A stretch of 64,000 nucleotides of DNA from a virus, in the IMG/VR virus record IMGVR_UViG_3300037963_004147, positions 32,001 to 96,000 of that record; one strand, written 5' to 3'. The stretch's first letter is position 1; each line of letters starts with the position of its first letter. Below, piece by piece: positions 25,001 to 31,325 of the stretch. The position numbers were made by a program, and so were the translations under genes. Below the pieces are notes generated by a model that saw nothing but the letters and a program-made list of their open reading frames with translations, did no database searches and had not been told where the DNA came from.

Positions 25001-25275
25001 ATGTAATAGATAGTTCTATTGATATAGGAGGTTCTGTAGATACAGCGGGTGACAGTACATTTATATCTGAAGAGTCTGAAGGAGATGGAATGAATGTATC
25101 TATAGATGAACAAATAGAAAATTTCTGGGATAGTTTAGCAATACCGCAACTAAGAACACTTAAACAAGCAACTGGTATTGATACTGTAGCAGATATGAAA
25201 AAGGAATTTAAGAAACCATTTTATAAAGGAAATATTGATACCTTTATGGAAGTTATAAAATCATGTTTTAGTTAA
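10027..25275 (+). CDS. Giant virion-associated DNA-dependent RNA polymerase polyprotein with zincin peptidase domain
   Basis: 5082 aa. RIPSQ and SGADFDIDK (DFDID at 21610-21624) match the catalytic motif of crAss-like/phi14:2 gp66-type RNAPs. HEAFH (16546-16560) with downstream EEYMADEF indicates a zincin. Ala/Gly-rich hydrophobic segments near the N-terminus. Confidence 0.88.
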   Translation: MSDFEKDVKSNAVNSIAPGVPQDMFVFESISDLETPPDIAEFDPNLDQGYLDMLSAAAPIINQFSPNPTSNMRSPFPGPATDTYNPVAQKVPKASGNESIMNKFRQIGEVAKNLNPENPENKNTTFGKSMNSIKIADPIFSSIRESQFDRYYEHGEFGKLGWHPYADNETYYNENSSWWDNAGRMFGEMGRLAWTGMKANYSSWGSADSMDLNAAVEFEDAMRIGSSTTGGFGGGLNNLLLQSGYTFGIIGTIALEELAMWGATAALAAATPFTAGASGAGAVATGTAATVRTGYNMAKLAKLGRRIADSFDVSRMLRGTRSMMKNMNKADNARGFWNSVRSGGNVLGNFVAPETMAAFKALKSAEKAGDNLTSMAKISKGVGGFYRDLRSLNFALSEGRMEAGSTYMDVLNRSMAQMKENNLAEGLSENLTDSQIAMADARAQEAAFATTSWNAPLIYLSNQLLLGNSMGGFKRTLNQAMRDNIEGVGRRILKTKAAVKTGKDGAKTIAKDVFEDVGESFMNYKYLYKSVKAGGIKGGATMAAGAGLRFFAANVGEGLQEVYQEAVAKGVSDYYTALATDPMAGGSELFQTSALAGLSEQFSGQGLHTFMSGFLMGGVVAGPQKLVFQGMPMLYQKTFNKKEYAEYKANKEKLVADLVNTYNSAWNSQADDVQNMFDSTKLNFLNQKQEASEMVAAQLEDSMFNFIDAKDNAKFQQLNTIFKTGRQDFYREQLEDYLQLTDEELAEAFPQEASRAKSGKLRSTIQDQIKKIDEMEVTYEKNLEDFVNPFDPKAFKPGSREQNDEALKHFAFEHARMLYLFTKDGFQRALERSESIFSELESDPVISKMAANDVTVLLNKDTLQQEISQLKAEIPGLGEAGTKRLKKDKEKKLEALEAVADVLYNEEYQTKTGRFDRRRIQKLTPTILNYLKTVARSKDAFVNPELIQETIKKIVDHNHLSNRQKVYDKSIQFLNNPDQFDAIVRRSYEYLKYAHKNQLEMYEKAIRKFINKKEINQFLNQLAKVGVYADMSETLEFAETGNIDSLTVFYSESGMVNKVNDPELFAEIQNLIQTYRQTAQPQVQSDIAESKSSEVKKSKKAQAVQEEVDEILEDAEISGPEAEVYGKAKDESPILEKLLKQKYQEVRAFAIQKGVKKIPSFNDYIKTPAAQSYISAYVALKKMWYQTLTGIEDEGIRMERFKKDQGFLSWLKLQQTNDKVVDVLSVTNTKFNDFIKGMAEDVGSTPEQDKKNKVAGLEGPSQIVEVKSTDDQGNPVTFYQILDKFGEPVAYELTEEAGLPVGLSFTDLGKAKQAKAKLDASIPDTAEMEIRNSKGEVVEKLVFGQEVIEKSTGNKYIVVSTPSKLSKGGKLYLFPASLAGTVTQLQARRNKSEKINPADFAGRFKASSYSLTDVSLPANVSKLNIDEATKIQYQQNGRFTKDKEWEGNSKKRFQLILQNLSEEQFNKLEVVVKRNIDGGKVTQEKFTFPEKAPNRLIKRTKQSYSIALRIPADIMKTLEPKILDADLALPENNILGYIPNTDVQLYDTNGARINPLNITTDQIGNLFQISGKTKENAAKEIRRNFAIQQSIVNDINKKLGKDESGTLTLEDIGGVNFVATAGQMQFLPTGVTNKIENLQYNTVDGTMVILDNGNNRFVTDMTGSVEDQIDFEDKVKADMQAQNTNIFENAKKAGRYVMIVKQPNGMFSYFPIKTDVLEKSTLNDIANEIIERSALSQKDNTKKIEGATTPVINDMEFNSEFNQELNNKFYIASTPGYSFDINVNANGAVELRVFDRDNKQVVKYIQNDKAAIEAWGKVEDKTQLLNELFENADKSFKEQYSKVTSKTPAIRKQVLKDVANLKLNLGSIRKSFPVTASASEIAETSVTTVGSQVRKDSKLRVNINGIDVSQIETAGVFTPSEVFTDANGNPIPKGGPLTTSSESMNNIEIEGAELDAMSKEDFEALKADNFKGLTEAQITAIAIKLSDPSSLTAREGQVMSNVVSSGIVQMKHLSLKKNNPASENTTPGETGSAQMDRSALMKKAASLRSKIEALEDAIADRGLSTTAEEEAIANDPEIKKLTKERNDILDKLSANKIVAENLSEEDVNNIDEFLAWAESALPGFITTQDINTLGNNTKAGGKRVGAFVMDMHNIAGGMNIAGTIYADQTKYAYHEAFHAVFRMLLTEEQQQKFYTIARKEVRAKLRAEGKSFKEEIEKLKNSDLTRYANYSQKALENLYYEEYMADEFQKFKTDPKSTKTDSFIKSFFNKLMEWLRSIFKKYNANELKFLFEEVDAGKFKTADVAVNSFTEEAGMGVTIQANKILRTKEISLDSGKKEYEYLDSKTSRAIISAISARVINEQLKSDNPEFDIVESVKESLNLYKNLYNNDTELYRSLNSSDKRKLRAVRKAFNEYGKDIVDGVLEELALYDIKLETAEDENGMFEEAFGLRTTSDWDKDASMTGGFRSLPSFLRKYIGTTVFVDEVNGKPKTDMFGNLHLPVSDIGTQKQENVLTTVDFGVAYSGFLKASSGQTDPVKVMQQLYLFGKNNPQTQAVVRRLMDDVGLVWEGQLEEGIIPDNLKDPSLFQAIIKGFSNFKVDYLFIHRRTSDNQVFTYNAANRDDAHTQIEKWSEAYRQLRVLQANNPDKLNASLKDLRKLLGYLDPNKPQNKISNGKLDVLSNNIAKSLKEATGISLSPQYIEFSIASNILEPTANQKSIINANSDVKAIEYEDVMYLRNGLEEGSNIMSESDEGVYNRLRQMALGNAPFDENIGASVFKNPNGDLVYAHQLPTFHLKQIAKLNDVKGAGEVIKQLKEKDYLEQNSLVNSPWFKQLSAEGRLKVTRIAGTKASKNIRQDDAGGIEEGYDKNETGTTYGELSKADIINSLVSSYIANVNAVSGKVNGVFAEGEERALAPSLLRVIEASSTGDMVSLPVMKTVEKGEGGSIQLTDEALTAYINNIQAEANRIASEHKGKTYDNVKEEGDLIAGYNADKSGQKFDPDGRAFKFHNTGNLLTAIKLKSLDKSGIPQFLTKTEVSDRLRNNNEGSQKMWMASDTAVEKSGHNQRGTIVQVILQGAESVEYTNKKGKKGTKLEANKGDDGTLHNVKYWGKINFKEQSAEDRQTIIQALGNAIVPQSFESETHTNKVVIGDKVFKVESKGLAQWLRGTGSQHFYQVVEEAGEVNENLKDLKGQLEEAIKENPDASFDEHLKAIGESRESLKNYVSNRLISEFRQFDKEIKDSKIELPSFLKTGITRPKDGTTDAGNFAATNRKLNLIKDKDYNLMQIFFNDWLNTTALNDVILGDQAISLKDAVDQVKRAKMQNAAYYSAKSDIVAPDLGINEKVSNIALFPTTEPTAPSRHTKAKIDQADAQLWMTPKAFKHMWFGFGKLTPSQSALFDKVMKGEKVNVEDIYGKNGAAKKGEMLNSKKLVYGDGQTFVKMSAFMLSKEYTSYQNEKGDWVARPDKVKLHNMREKMEAYERKHKTIAVSAPLSALKMMKKNVNDIDSMIDFSGELTEKNAMNLDAEYMGLQVLNPSNKLEIVDPTQIRTIVTGEQEFPDDLTVTLPDGNEMSVLQLRSAYNQAVSDRQTQKYLDKRNLIFDIDYAMDELHKGMAENKISANLLSYLQYAQTSLSSSQSSSELLEFFSFDPDTGQQNYNLDNPITKQKFEQLFLSYFSKSVFSEKIPGTSAALVSDYGVNVYRRVLSVDENGYPDQQEIIRSEDFIQNYSVTDLVQGKEGPLDFSNDDQFGRLKTEVEASKGKGVIIMDRLRPDMKEYINGKYTGIKYSESIMPAHHREVMELVGDTGPIPEAVAKMFGIRIPSQDNHSTISIKLVDMMPAYYGSSIISPRELVEVSGADFDIDKLYLQMKEWFVDDNGNFKEYSNSFEDYVRYINSKVGTKGTSYAEALAKSKFNLDNSYTEAQKKEAIDAGLTVRSLNALSELGLPISKKEYNAYVKKNERAPFAAGYNNEILDYKTALMSHEGVTSKTGENSAISYEPADIEVLTDLWDEIQEEVPELAELVNEDGLDANNLLGKWRGYTNNHEGARSIGSAVLPNLYLSLLQEYNTKFKSLKVAGEETGPRFVFNGIVYDKFTNKVEDGIDWSREVNADGSPGRRKQYIISALITAMTDNAKERLAAKLGLTRDSLGGVTMLTAMGVPIRTSILLFNNPNVKEAYYQKSLDDSFDLQSYFRKKSQQYKRIANSIGGVDTNFELTDDALLDAIRDPGPTWGSNIELGIKLNEAQEAGQDFITAKQLVTQMKVLETMYKPARSKKKSSKATGIIPISSEFLSLGTLVSLSKGIGGSLSEAARIDKAIKDLKLDLTDEAYSKLDFNEKPYVDVRKIFKGKTHQAQTLKMFQEFYNELLPNVFISQSEQFKQLMAAIQANGNPAAFRDAEVRDMVERDLLSYLTLKSYMHTTQQEKDNSFIGHLSNDLLYGINGKTIADIIDEAREALDGKYNYFIQDFIKLERATDTGNKTGVDMATTNTLTRLTDSEKVDIQNGFKELYSNPETRDYAVSIINYLMVKDGLQPTYKTLLAAVAPAALGRYLDNINNVKAAFARGNSTLFKSVFGLDKFELGQDFLDNYYRSAKSSRIVPSVGDDVAIPVFNPKSKVNVAKGNFTVDEVASNPNTLYVIFDNEANVGSANSKAVRGMDNVISINIKKSDANIPENFYDQTEEDTVKQYLADKVNEILSERSIKDDIVFQSSIDKATRDALKKNSEPVYNELISLMTNNFKYNIAGYKTEQEREGEKINKQALESPIRIEKTGDRNYLYIDLYKGIVATPEMPNAVNYKAAPRKMTKAGQTKLLENKNLISSRGFKLKGFQIDNKYNEEVQLPFTVRHKGVLYQLVKKTSSEKAPINTSSDIIYDGSSFAQGSSAVYVELPAMGSVAQFGPGFIFGEQKKYSQVKELIETANAPEDVPADDSTNPKAKEQSDDDFLKQFSNKVSREYNENTKKVTFTSKNKSANEVTESDYKNDIGDPNNVIDSSIDIGGSVDTAGDSTFISEESEGDGMNVSIDEQIENFWDSLAIPQLRTLKQATGIDTVADMKKEFKKPFYKGNIDTFMEVIKSCFS

Positions 25276-25279
25276 TATT

Positions 25280-28200
25280 ATGGCAAGGTGTATAAATAAA
25301 AATTTACAGGAATTTAAGAATATAGCTGAGGTGTTTAAGTCACCTATTGTAGCAAATATTGTTATAACCGGTTGGCAAGACTTAAATAGTACCGATCAAA
25401 TTCCTACTATTCAACAAGCTAGTGAGTTTGCTAAAAATTCAGAGACAGCATATAATTTAAAAAGAAAAGATTTTGCAGAGGCTGTATATAATAATTTATC
25501 TAACAAAGGGATAATAACTAAGTTTAAAGGTAGATACTTTATAGTACAATCTAATAATGCTGTTTATGATCCAGGTATAAGAAAGTTTAATTTAAATAGA
25601 CTTAAAGGATATCTTAGAGCAAATAATATTCCTTTAAATGTAGTATCAACAGCTGTTAGAGGTAAAGCAATGGAGGTTAAAATACATGATGATTTATTTA
25701 CACCTTCTGATATTTTACCTGAGTCAAGAAGTTATGGTACTCCTCATACTAGACAAGTAGTAGCTCATTTACTAAAATTATTTCCGCAAGTAAATGTAGA
25801 ATTTTTGTCTGTAAAAGATGCTAAAAAATTACACGATAAATTACCAGAAAGTCAAAAAGCAAATGTAAATTTTGATAATGTTAATTCATTTTTTGTTAAT
25901 GGTACAGCCGTCCTTATAAAGGGTAGGGTAACCGATACTACTGCTATAGAAGAAATTTTACATCCATTTGTAGATGGATTTTATACAAGTAAGCCTGAGA
26001 TATTTAATAGTTTATATAATGAAGCTGTTAAAAACTTTCCTGAACTAAATGCTGGAATACAAAGTGCTTATTCAGATAGAAGAGGATTTAGTGAAAGACA
26101 TAGACAATTAGAACTTGTTACTCAAGCTTTATCTAGACATTTTAATAATGAATATGAGAATAACCCAACAAAATCTTTTAAAGATAGAATTAAAGATTTT
26201 ATAGATTGGTTTGTTTCTATTATTGAAAATTTAAGTAGTGTCTTTAATGGTAGAAATATAGATTACTTTAGAGGAGATCAAGCTTTATTAGAACAAGAAC
26301 AAAGAGAAGATAGATTAGAACAAGAAGATGTTGTTGCAGTAAAAAGAATTAACGTTAATTCAATATCAGGTAATCCAACACTATCTGATATTGCTAAACT
26401 TTTAAATACAAGTGACATTGAATTTGATGTCAATGCTGCACCTAAAGTTGATACTAAAGTTAGATATAACTTATCAGAAGAAAAATCAAGAATTTATGAT
26501 TATGTAATAAAAAGATCTAATGGTATACAACAAGAACTAATAGAAAACTTTTTCTTAGCTGCAAGAGAGACTAATAAATTGGTTGATGAATTAAGTGTTG
26601 GAACAATTGAGAGAGATGCAGATGGTAATTTAATATCTCCAATTATAGTTTTAGATGAAGCTACTCATACTTATATGGATTTAACTGATCCATCTAAAAA
26701 AATAACAAGTACTACTCAAGCCATTAAGGGTCAAATGTCAAGAGAAAAGCAAGAAGAAAATGATCTTAATCTTAAATTAGGAAATGATTTTGATAAAATT
26801 CTTGAAGGTTTAGTAACAGATGTTACCTCTGCAGAATTATTTGATAAAATGGAAATCTTAAATGAAGAGCAGTTTGGTAAAGCATATGCATCAATGCAAG
26901 CTTCTTTAGCTGGACTTATGAAAGATAATACGGTGGCAATTCCTCAAGTTGTTGTTTATGATAAAGCAACTGGAATAGCTGGTAGTATAGATTTATTATT
27001 AATTGAACCTGATGGTAAAGTTAGAGTTGTAGATTTAAAAACATCTAAGTATAGTAAGAATGATCCTTTTTATAAGACTATCTTAAAAGAAGTAAATGCT
27101 AAAGATCCAAACTTTGGAATACTTCCTGAAGATAGCGTACTAAAACAAAAAGGTATTGCAGATTCATTGTCAATAGAGCAAACACATAATTTACAAGTAA
27201 ATCTTTATGGTAGAATGCTTGAGAATATGGGATATACTTTATCAGAAAAACCTGCAAGTACATATCACATAAAAGTTGATGTAACAGGAAAAGGTAAGAA
27301 TCAAAAGTTTCAAGGAGAGTTTAAACCGGAAGGTGAAGAGCTCCATAAGATGAGTGAAAATGTACCATATCTAGATGCTATTATCCCATATAATGTAGAT
27401 GTAGTATCTAAAGAAAGAATTGATGAAGCTAGAAAAGGTAAAGAAGATTCTACTTATGATACTACCTTACCTCCAGATCAACAGAATCCTCTTGATGATG
27501 CTCCAACATCTCCTGAGTTTGAAGTAATAACACAAGCTCTTAGAGATTATAGAAAAGGTTTAATAAAAAGACAGGATGCTCTATCAATGTTAAAAGGAAA
27601 TGTATTCTTAGGTAGACATAAGACTGTTGAACAATTACAAGAATCTATTCAAAACTCAATTAATGTTATTACAGTAGCTATGACTCAAGGTCCAAAAACT
27701 AGATCTGCAGTTTATGCTTCACTTATGAGAGATGCTTTAAGACAGGTTGATGAGTTTCAACAATATGTAGAAGATCCAATTAATTTCTCAAAGCCTGAGT
27801 ACATAAGTTATGTCTTAAATTTTGATGAATTTATAAAAACATTTGAAGGTTTATATAGCTTGCAAAATTCTAAAGAACTTAATAGAACTCAAGTAAGATT
27901 AGCTTTTAAGCTTCAAACTAGATTTAATGAGTTGGTTGGCGTGGGTGATAAAGAAGGTGTTATAGATAAAGCTGTTACAGACTATGTTAGAGATACTGTA
28001 GCTAGAAGATCAAGTTATAACTTTACAGAAGATCAACTTGATAATATCATGAAGTTAGGTAAAGATATAGGTGTTATTGATTATCAAGCTAGAGATCTTG
28101 CAACTACTGCTACATTATTAAATGATGGTACTCCGGATACTCTTCTATCTATAATGGATAAGATCTATAAAGCTAAAAAGCAAGAGTTACTGGATAAAAT

Positions 28201-31069
28201 TGAAACTAGAGAAATGCTAATTAATAAGGCAGCTCAGAAAGTTTTAGAATTATCAACAGAAAAAGATCCTCAAAAGTTATTTGAGTTTATGTTAGAATTT
28301 GATAATGAAGGTTTATTTACTGGTAGATATGTTAAAGAGGTTGGAAGTAAATACTATAATATAATGAAAGAATTAAGGAAACCATTATATGATGATAATG
28401 GTCAACCTTATCAATATAGAGATGTTACTGATATAAATGAAGCTGATCCTGCAGATGTTGAATATAATATAAGATTAGCTAAAGCTAAACAAAGATATGG
28501 TGATTTTTGGAGTGCTGAAACAATAGGTCCTGATGGAACGCCAGTTCATGGAAAATATCATAAGTATACTGATGAGTTTATTGCTGCAAGAAAAAAACAT
28601 GAATACTTTGTTGCAGTAGGTAGAAATGGTATATGGAAAAGAAAGCCTGAAATATCTGATGCTGCTTGGGGTAAGTATACAGCTAAGTATAAAGTTAGTG
28701 GTCTTGAGCAAGAGAGTAGAACTTTTTCTGTTAATGATGCAGATGGAAATCCAACAGGAGCAATTAGAAAAGATGAGCTTTTTCCACAGGTTAGAAAAGA
28801 ATTTATAGAAAAAATAATTACTGAGGATCTAAAAAGTGAAAAGTATAAAGCAATTCAAGCAGATAAAAGTGCATTAGGTTTAGCACGTAAAGAGTTCTAT
28901 GATTTATTTGTAGATCTTTATGAGAATCAATTATTAACAAAATTACCTAAAGCCACACGACATCAAATGTTAGGAAAAGTACCTTTGATTAGAGGTAGAT
29001 GGGCACAAGATCTTAAAGGTAAAGGTAATGTATTTACAAAAATGTATGCTAAAACAAGTAGAGGTGTTAAAAATTTCTTTACTACAACGCAGCAACAAAA
29101 GGTTATTCAACTTGATTCTGACAATAATTTAATAGATCAGCTACCTATATTTTATACCGGAAATCCTAGAAGTGATGAGGCACTAGCTGCGATAGATGAT
29201 CAGATTCAAGCTTTAAAAGATAAAAGACAAAATGGTGATATTAAAATAGAACCTTATAAAAAAGAGCTTGCACTACTAGAAGGGCAAAGAAAAAAGATAG
29301 AAAATAAACCATCTTTAGGTGAAGTAAATAAAGATATGGGTAACGGTCTTCTTAAGTTTGCTGCAATGGCTGAACATTATGAAACCATGTCTACTGTAGA
29401 AGATACAATGCAAGCATTCTTAAGAGTGTTAAAAAAGAGATCTTATGAAAGTGCTGATAATATTAAAACAGATGTTAAAGATGCACTTGGTAAATTAACA
29501 CCAGTAGGTACAATTAAAGGTGAAGATTCAAAAACATTTCAGAGAGCTAAGAAATGGATGAATATGGTTTATTATGATAATGATCAATTAACTCAAGGCT
29601 TTATAGATAAAGCAGCATCTGGTCTTATTAAGTTTTCTTCTTTATCTTATGTAGCATTTAACCCTTTTGGTAACTTTAATAATTATGTTCTAGGCCGTGT
29701 CAATGATAATATTGAAGCAATAGGTGGTAGATTTTATTCTGCTCAAGCATATAAAAGAGCTAGTATAGAATATAATAAAAGAGCGATTCCAGATTTAATC
29801 CATAGACTTGCATCTGCAAATCCTAAAGATAAACTTCTTAATAGAGGAGATTATGATCCAAGACTACCATCAAGTAAATATGAAGCATTTGTTGAATACT
29901 ATAGAATGATGGATGAGTCAACAGATATACGTGAATCTGGATCACAAGTAGATAGAATCCAAAAATCAAGATTTGCTAAAATGATGGATTGGGGTTATAC
30001 TTTGCAGGATGCAGCTGAGTGGAATGTTCAAACTAAAGTAGGTATGGCAATGTTAATGGATACTTATATTATGAATAAGAAGACTGGTAAAATCTTGAGT
30101 TTGTATGATGCTCATACATTTGATGCAAAAGATAAAAGACCTAAGCTAATAGATGGCTTTACTACTATAGTTAAATATAATCCAAAGAATGTTGATGAAA
30201 ATGGTAAACCTAAACAAATTGAAGAAATAGGTGAGTATAATGATGAGTTTAGATATGACCTTAGAAATAAAATCCGTGAGGTTAATAAACAAATTCATGG
30301 TAACTATGCTGAAGAAGATAGAATGGTTTTACAATCTAGCACAGTTGGTAAGTTAGGAGCACAGTTTCACAAGTGGGTTATGCCTGCAGCTAGAGCTAGA
30401 TTTCAAAGAGAATACTTTGATGAGAATTTAGGTTGGATGGAAGGTAGATATCTATCTTGGTTTAAGTTCATGGCCTGGTCTACAAAAGAGATGGCAAAAG
30501 GTAATATGAAATTCAATAAGTATAAAGATGATTTCTTAGAAGATTATGGTTATATAGAAGATGGAGATGTTCAAGAAAATCAAAGAGCTATGAATAAACT
30601 ATTTGGTTTCTATAGAACTATGGGAGAAATAGGAATTATAATGCTAACGGTATTGTTAAAAGATCTTTTAATAGCTGCATTCCACGGTGATGATGATGAT
30701 AGTGACACTGTAAAAAGACTTAAAAATATTGCAATGTATCAGGCAGATAGAACTTATAAAGAATTAATATTATTTGTTCCTGTTCCTGATGGTTTACAAC
30801 AAATGATGCAAATGGTTAAGTCTCCAATAGCTTCTACAAGAACACTGGGTGAACTAGGTGAAGCATTATCTTTAACATATATGACTCCTCTATCATGGCT
30901 TACTTCTAGTGATGATGAGTTTTATGCTAATTCAGATTATGTTTATCAAAGAGGATCTAGAGCTGGTGAATTGAAAGTATTTAAAAACTGGCAAGATGCA
31001 TTACCTGCTATATACACATATAAAAAGTGGATTAACTATCTTGAAATGCAAAACTTCTTCATTAAGTAA
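25280..31069 (+). CDS. Large virion protein with degenerate zincin and PD-(D/E)xK nuclease domains
   Basis: 1929 aa. EEILH (25949-25963) is an HExxH variant. AGSIDLLL...VVDLKTSK...QVNLY is a RecB/PD-(D/E)xK-type motif. Confidence 0.7.
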   Translation: MARCINKNLQEFKNIAEVFKSPIVANIVITGWQDLNSTDQIPTIQQASEFAKNSETAYNLKRKDFAEAVYNNLSNKGIITKFKGRYFIVQSNNAVYDPGIRKFNLNRLKGYLRANNIPLNVVSTAVRGKAMEVKIHDDLFTPSDILPESRSYGTPHTRQVVAHLLKLFPQVNVEFLSVKDAKKLHDKLPESQKANVNFDNVNSFFVNGTAVLIKGRVTDTTAIEEILHPFVDGFYTSKPEIFNSLYNEAVKNFPELNAGIQSAYSDRRGFSERHRQLELVTQALSRHFNNEYENNPTKSFKDRIKDFIDWFVSIIENLSSVFNGRNIDYFRGDQALLEQEQREDRLEQEDVVAVKRINVNSISGNPTLSDIAKLLNTSDIEFDVNAAPKVDTKVRYNLSEEKSRIYDYVIKRSNGIQQELIENFFLAARETNKLVDELSVGTIERDADGNLISPIIVLDEATHTYMDLTDPSKKITSTTQAIKGQMSREKQEENDLNLKLGNDFDKILEGLVTDVTSAELFDKMEILNEEQFGKAYASMQASLAGLMKDNTVAIPQVVVYDKATGIAGSIDLLLIEPDGKVRVVDLKTSKYSKNDPFYKTILKEVNAKDPNFGILPEDSVLKQKGIADSLSIEQTHNLQVNLYGRMLENMGYTLSEKPASTYHIKVDVTGKGKNQKFQGEFKPEGEELHKMSENVPYLDAIIPYNVDVVSKERIDEARKGKEDSTYDTTLPPDQQNPLDDAPTSPEFEVITQALRDYRKGLIKRQDALSMLKGNVFLGRHKTVEQLQESIQNSINVITVAMTQGPKTRSAVYASLMRDALRQVDEFQQYVEDPINFSKPEYISYVLNFDEFIKTFEGLYSLQNSKELNRTQVRLAFKLQTRFNELVGVGDKEGVIDKAVTDYVRDTVARRSSYNFTEDQLDNIMKLGKDIGVIDYQARDLATTATLLNDGTPDTLLSIMDKIYKAKKQELLDKIETREMLINKAAQKVLELSTEKDPQKLFEFMLEFDNEGLFTGRYVKEVGSKYYNIMKELRKPLYDDNGQPYQYRDVTDINEADPADVEYNIRLAKAKQRYGDFWSAETIGPDGTPVHGKYHKYTDEFIAARKKHEYFVAVGRNGIWKRKPEISDAAWGKYTAKYKVSGLEQESRTFSVNDADGNPTGAIRKDELFPQVRKEFIEKIITEDLKSEKYKAIQADKSALGLARKEFYDLFVDLYENQLLTKLPKATRHQMLGKVPLIRGRWAQDLKGKGNVFTKMYAKTSRGVKNFFTTTQQQKVIQLDSDNNLIDQLPIFYTGNPRSDEALAAIDDQIQALKDKRQNGDIKIEPYKKELALLEGQRKKIENKPSLGEVNKDMGNGLLKFAAMAEHYETMSTVEDTMQAFLRVLKKRSYESADNIKTDVKDALGKLTPVGTIKGEDSKTFQRAKKWMNMVYYDNDQLTQGFIDKAASGLIKFSSLSYVAFNPFGNFNNYVLGRVNDNIEAIGGRFYSAQAYKRASIEYNKRAIPDLIHRLASANPKDKLLNRGDYDPRLPSSKYEAFVEYYRMMDESTDIRESGSQVDRIQKSRFAKMMDWGYTLQDAAEWNVQTKVGMAMLMDTYIMNKKTGKILSLYDAHTFDAKDKRPKLIDGFTTIVKYNPKNVDENGKPKQIEEIGEYNDEFRYDLRNKIREVNKQIHGNYAEEDRMVLQSSTVGKLGAQFHKWVMPAARARFQREYFDENLGWMEGRYLSWFKFMAWSTKEMAKGNMKFNKYKDDFLEDYGYIEDGDVQENQRAMNKLFGFYRTMGEIGIIMLTVLLKDLLIAAFHGDDDDSDTVKRLKNIAMYQADRTYKELILFVPVPDGLQQMMQMVKSPIASTRTLGELGEALSLTYMTPLSWLTSSDDEFYANSDYVYQRGSRAGELKVFKNWQDALPAIYTYKKWINYLEMQNFFIK

Positions 31070-31070
31070 A

Positions 31071-31106
31071 ATGAAAAGGGGAGATTATCTCTCCCCTCCA
31101 TTTCAT
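31071..31106. terminator. Hairpin between convergent transcription units
   Basis: AGGGGAGA-ttatc-TCTCCCCT flanked by ATGAAA/TTTCAT, right after the stop at 31069. Confidence 0.65.
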
Positions 31107-31108
31107 GC

Positions 31109-31141
31109 AAAAAAATACAAAGTATCCACATACCTTGTATT
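31109..31141 (-). terminator. Intrinsic terminator downstream of tRNA
   Basis: Minus strand AATACAAGGTAT-GTGG-ATACTTTGTATT followed by a T run. Confidence 0.65.
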
Positions 31142-31165
31142 GTCACTTTATATGTAGCAAAGTAG

Positions 31166-31239
31166 AGGTCCATCTAGGACTTGAACCTAGAACCTACAGC
31201 TTAGAAGGCTGTTGCTCTATCCGATTGAGCTAATGAACC
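31166..31239 (-). tRNA. tRNA-Arg (anticodon UCU)
   Basis: Reverse complement GGTTCATTAGCTCAATCGGATAGAGCAACAGCCTTCTAAGCTGTAGGTTCTAGGTTCAAGTCCTAGATGGACCT has a 7-bp acceptor, D arm, anticodon arm ACAGC-CTTCTAA-GCTGT and T loop GTTCAAG. CCA is not encoded. Confidence 0.95.
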
Positions 31240-31245
31240 AAAAAA

Positions 31246-31325
31246 ACAGAATGAGGTTGGGGCTTTAACCCTCTAGGCTTTACACTCCCTCACCCTGCTT
31301 TCAGTCTGGTGTAACAAGCCAGACT
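31246..31325 (-). other. Structured intergenic RNA between nrdA and tRNA
   Basis: Hairpin AGTCTGG/CCAGACT after the nrdA stop, then an 11-bp stem GCAGGGUGAGG/CCUCAUUCUGU (G-U pairs) enclosing GGGU-UAAA-GCCC, then a U run. Confidence 0.5.

Noticed and set aside
610-28808. Short antisense or alternate-frame ORFs inside the large + strand genes (e.g. 610..966, 10749..10994, 14727..15002)
   Set aside because: They are fully nested in long genes with recognisable motifs and have shadow-ORF composition.
31100-31165. Theta (HDV-like) ribozyme downstream of the tRNA, as in some gut phages
   Set aside because: The downstream sequence forms a plain terminator hairpin, with no nested double pseudoknot or P3/L3 motif.
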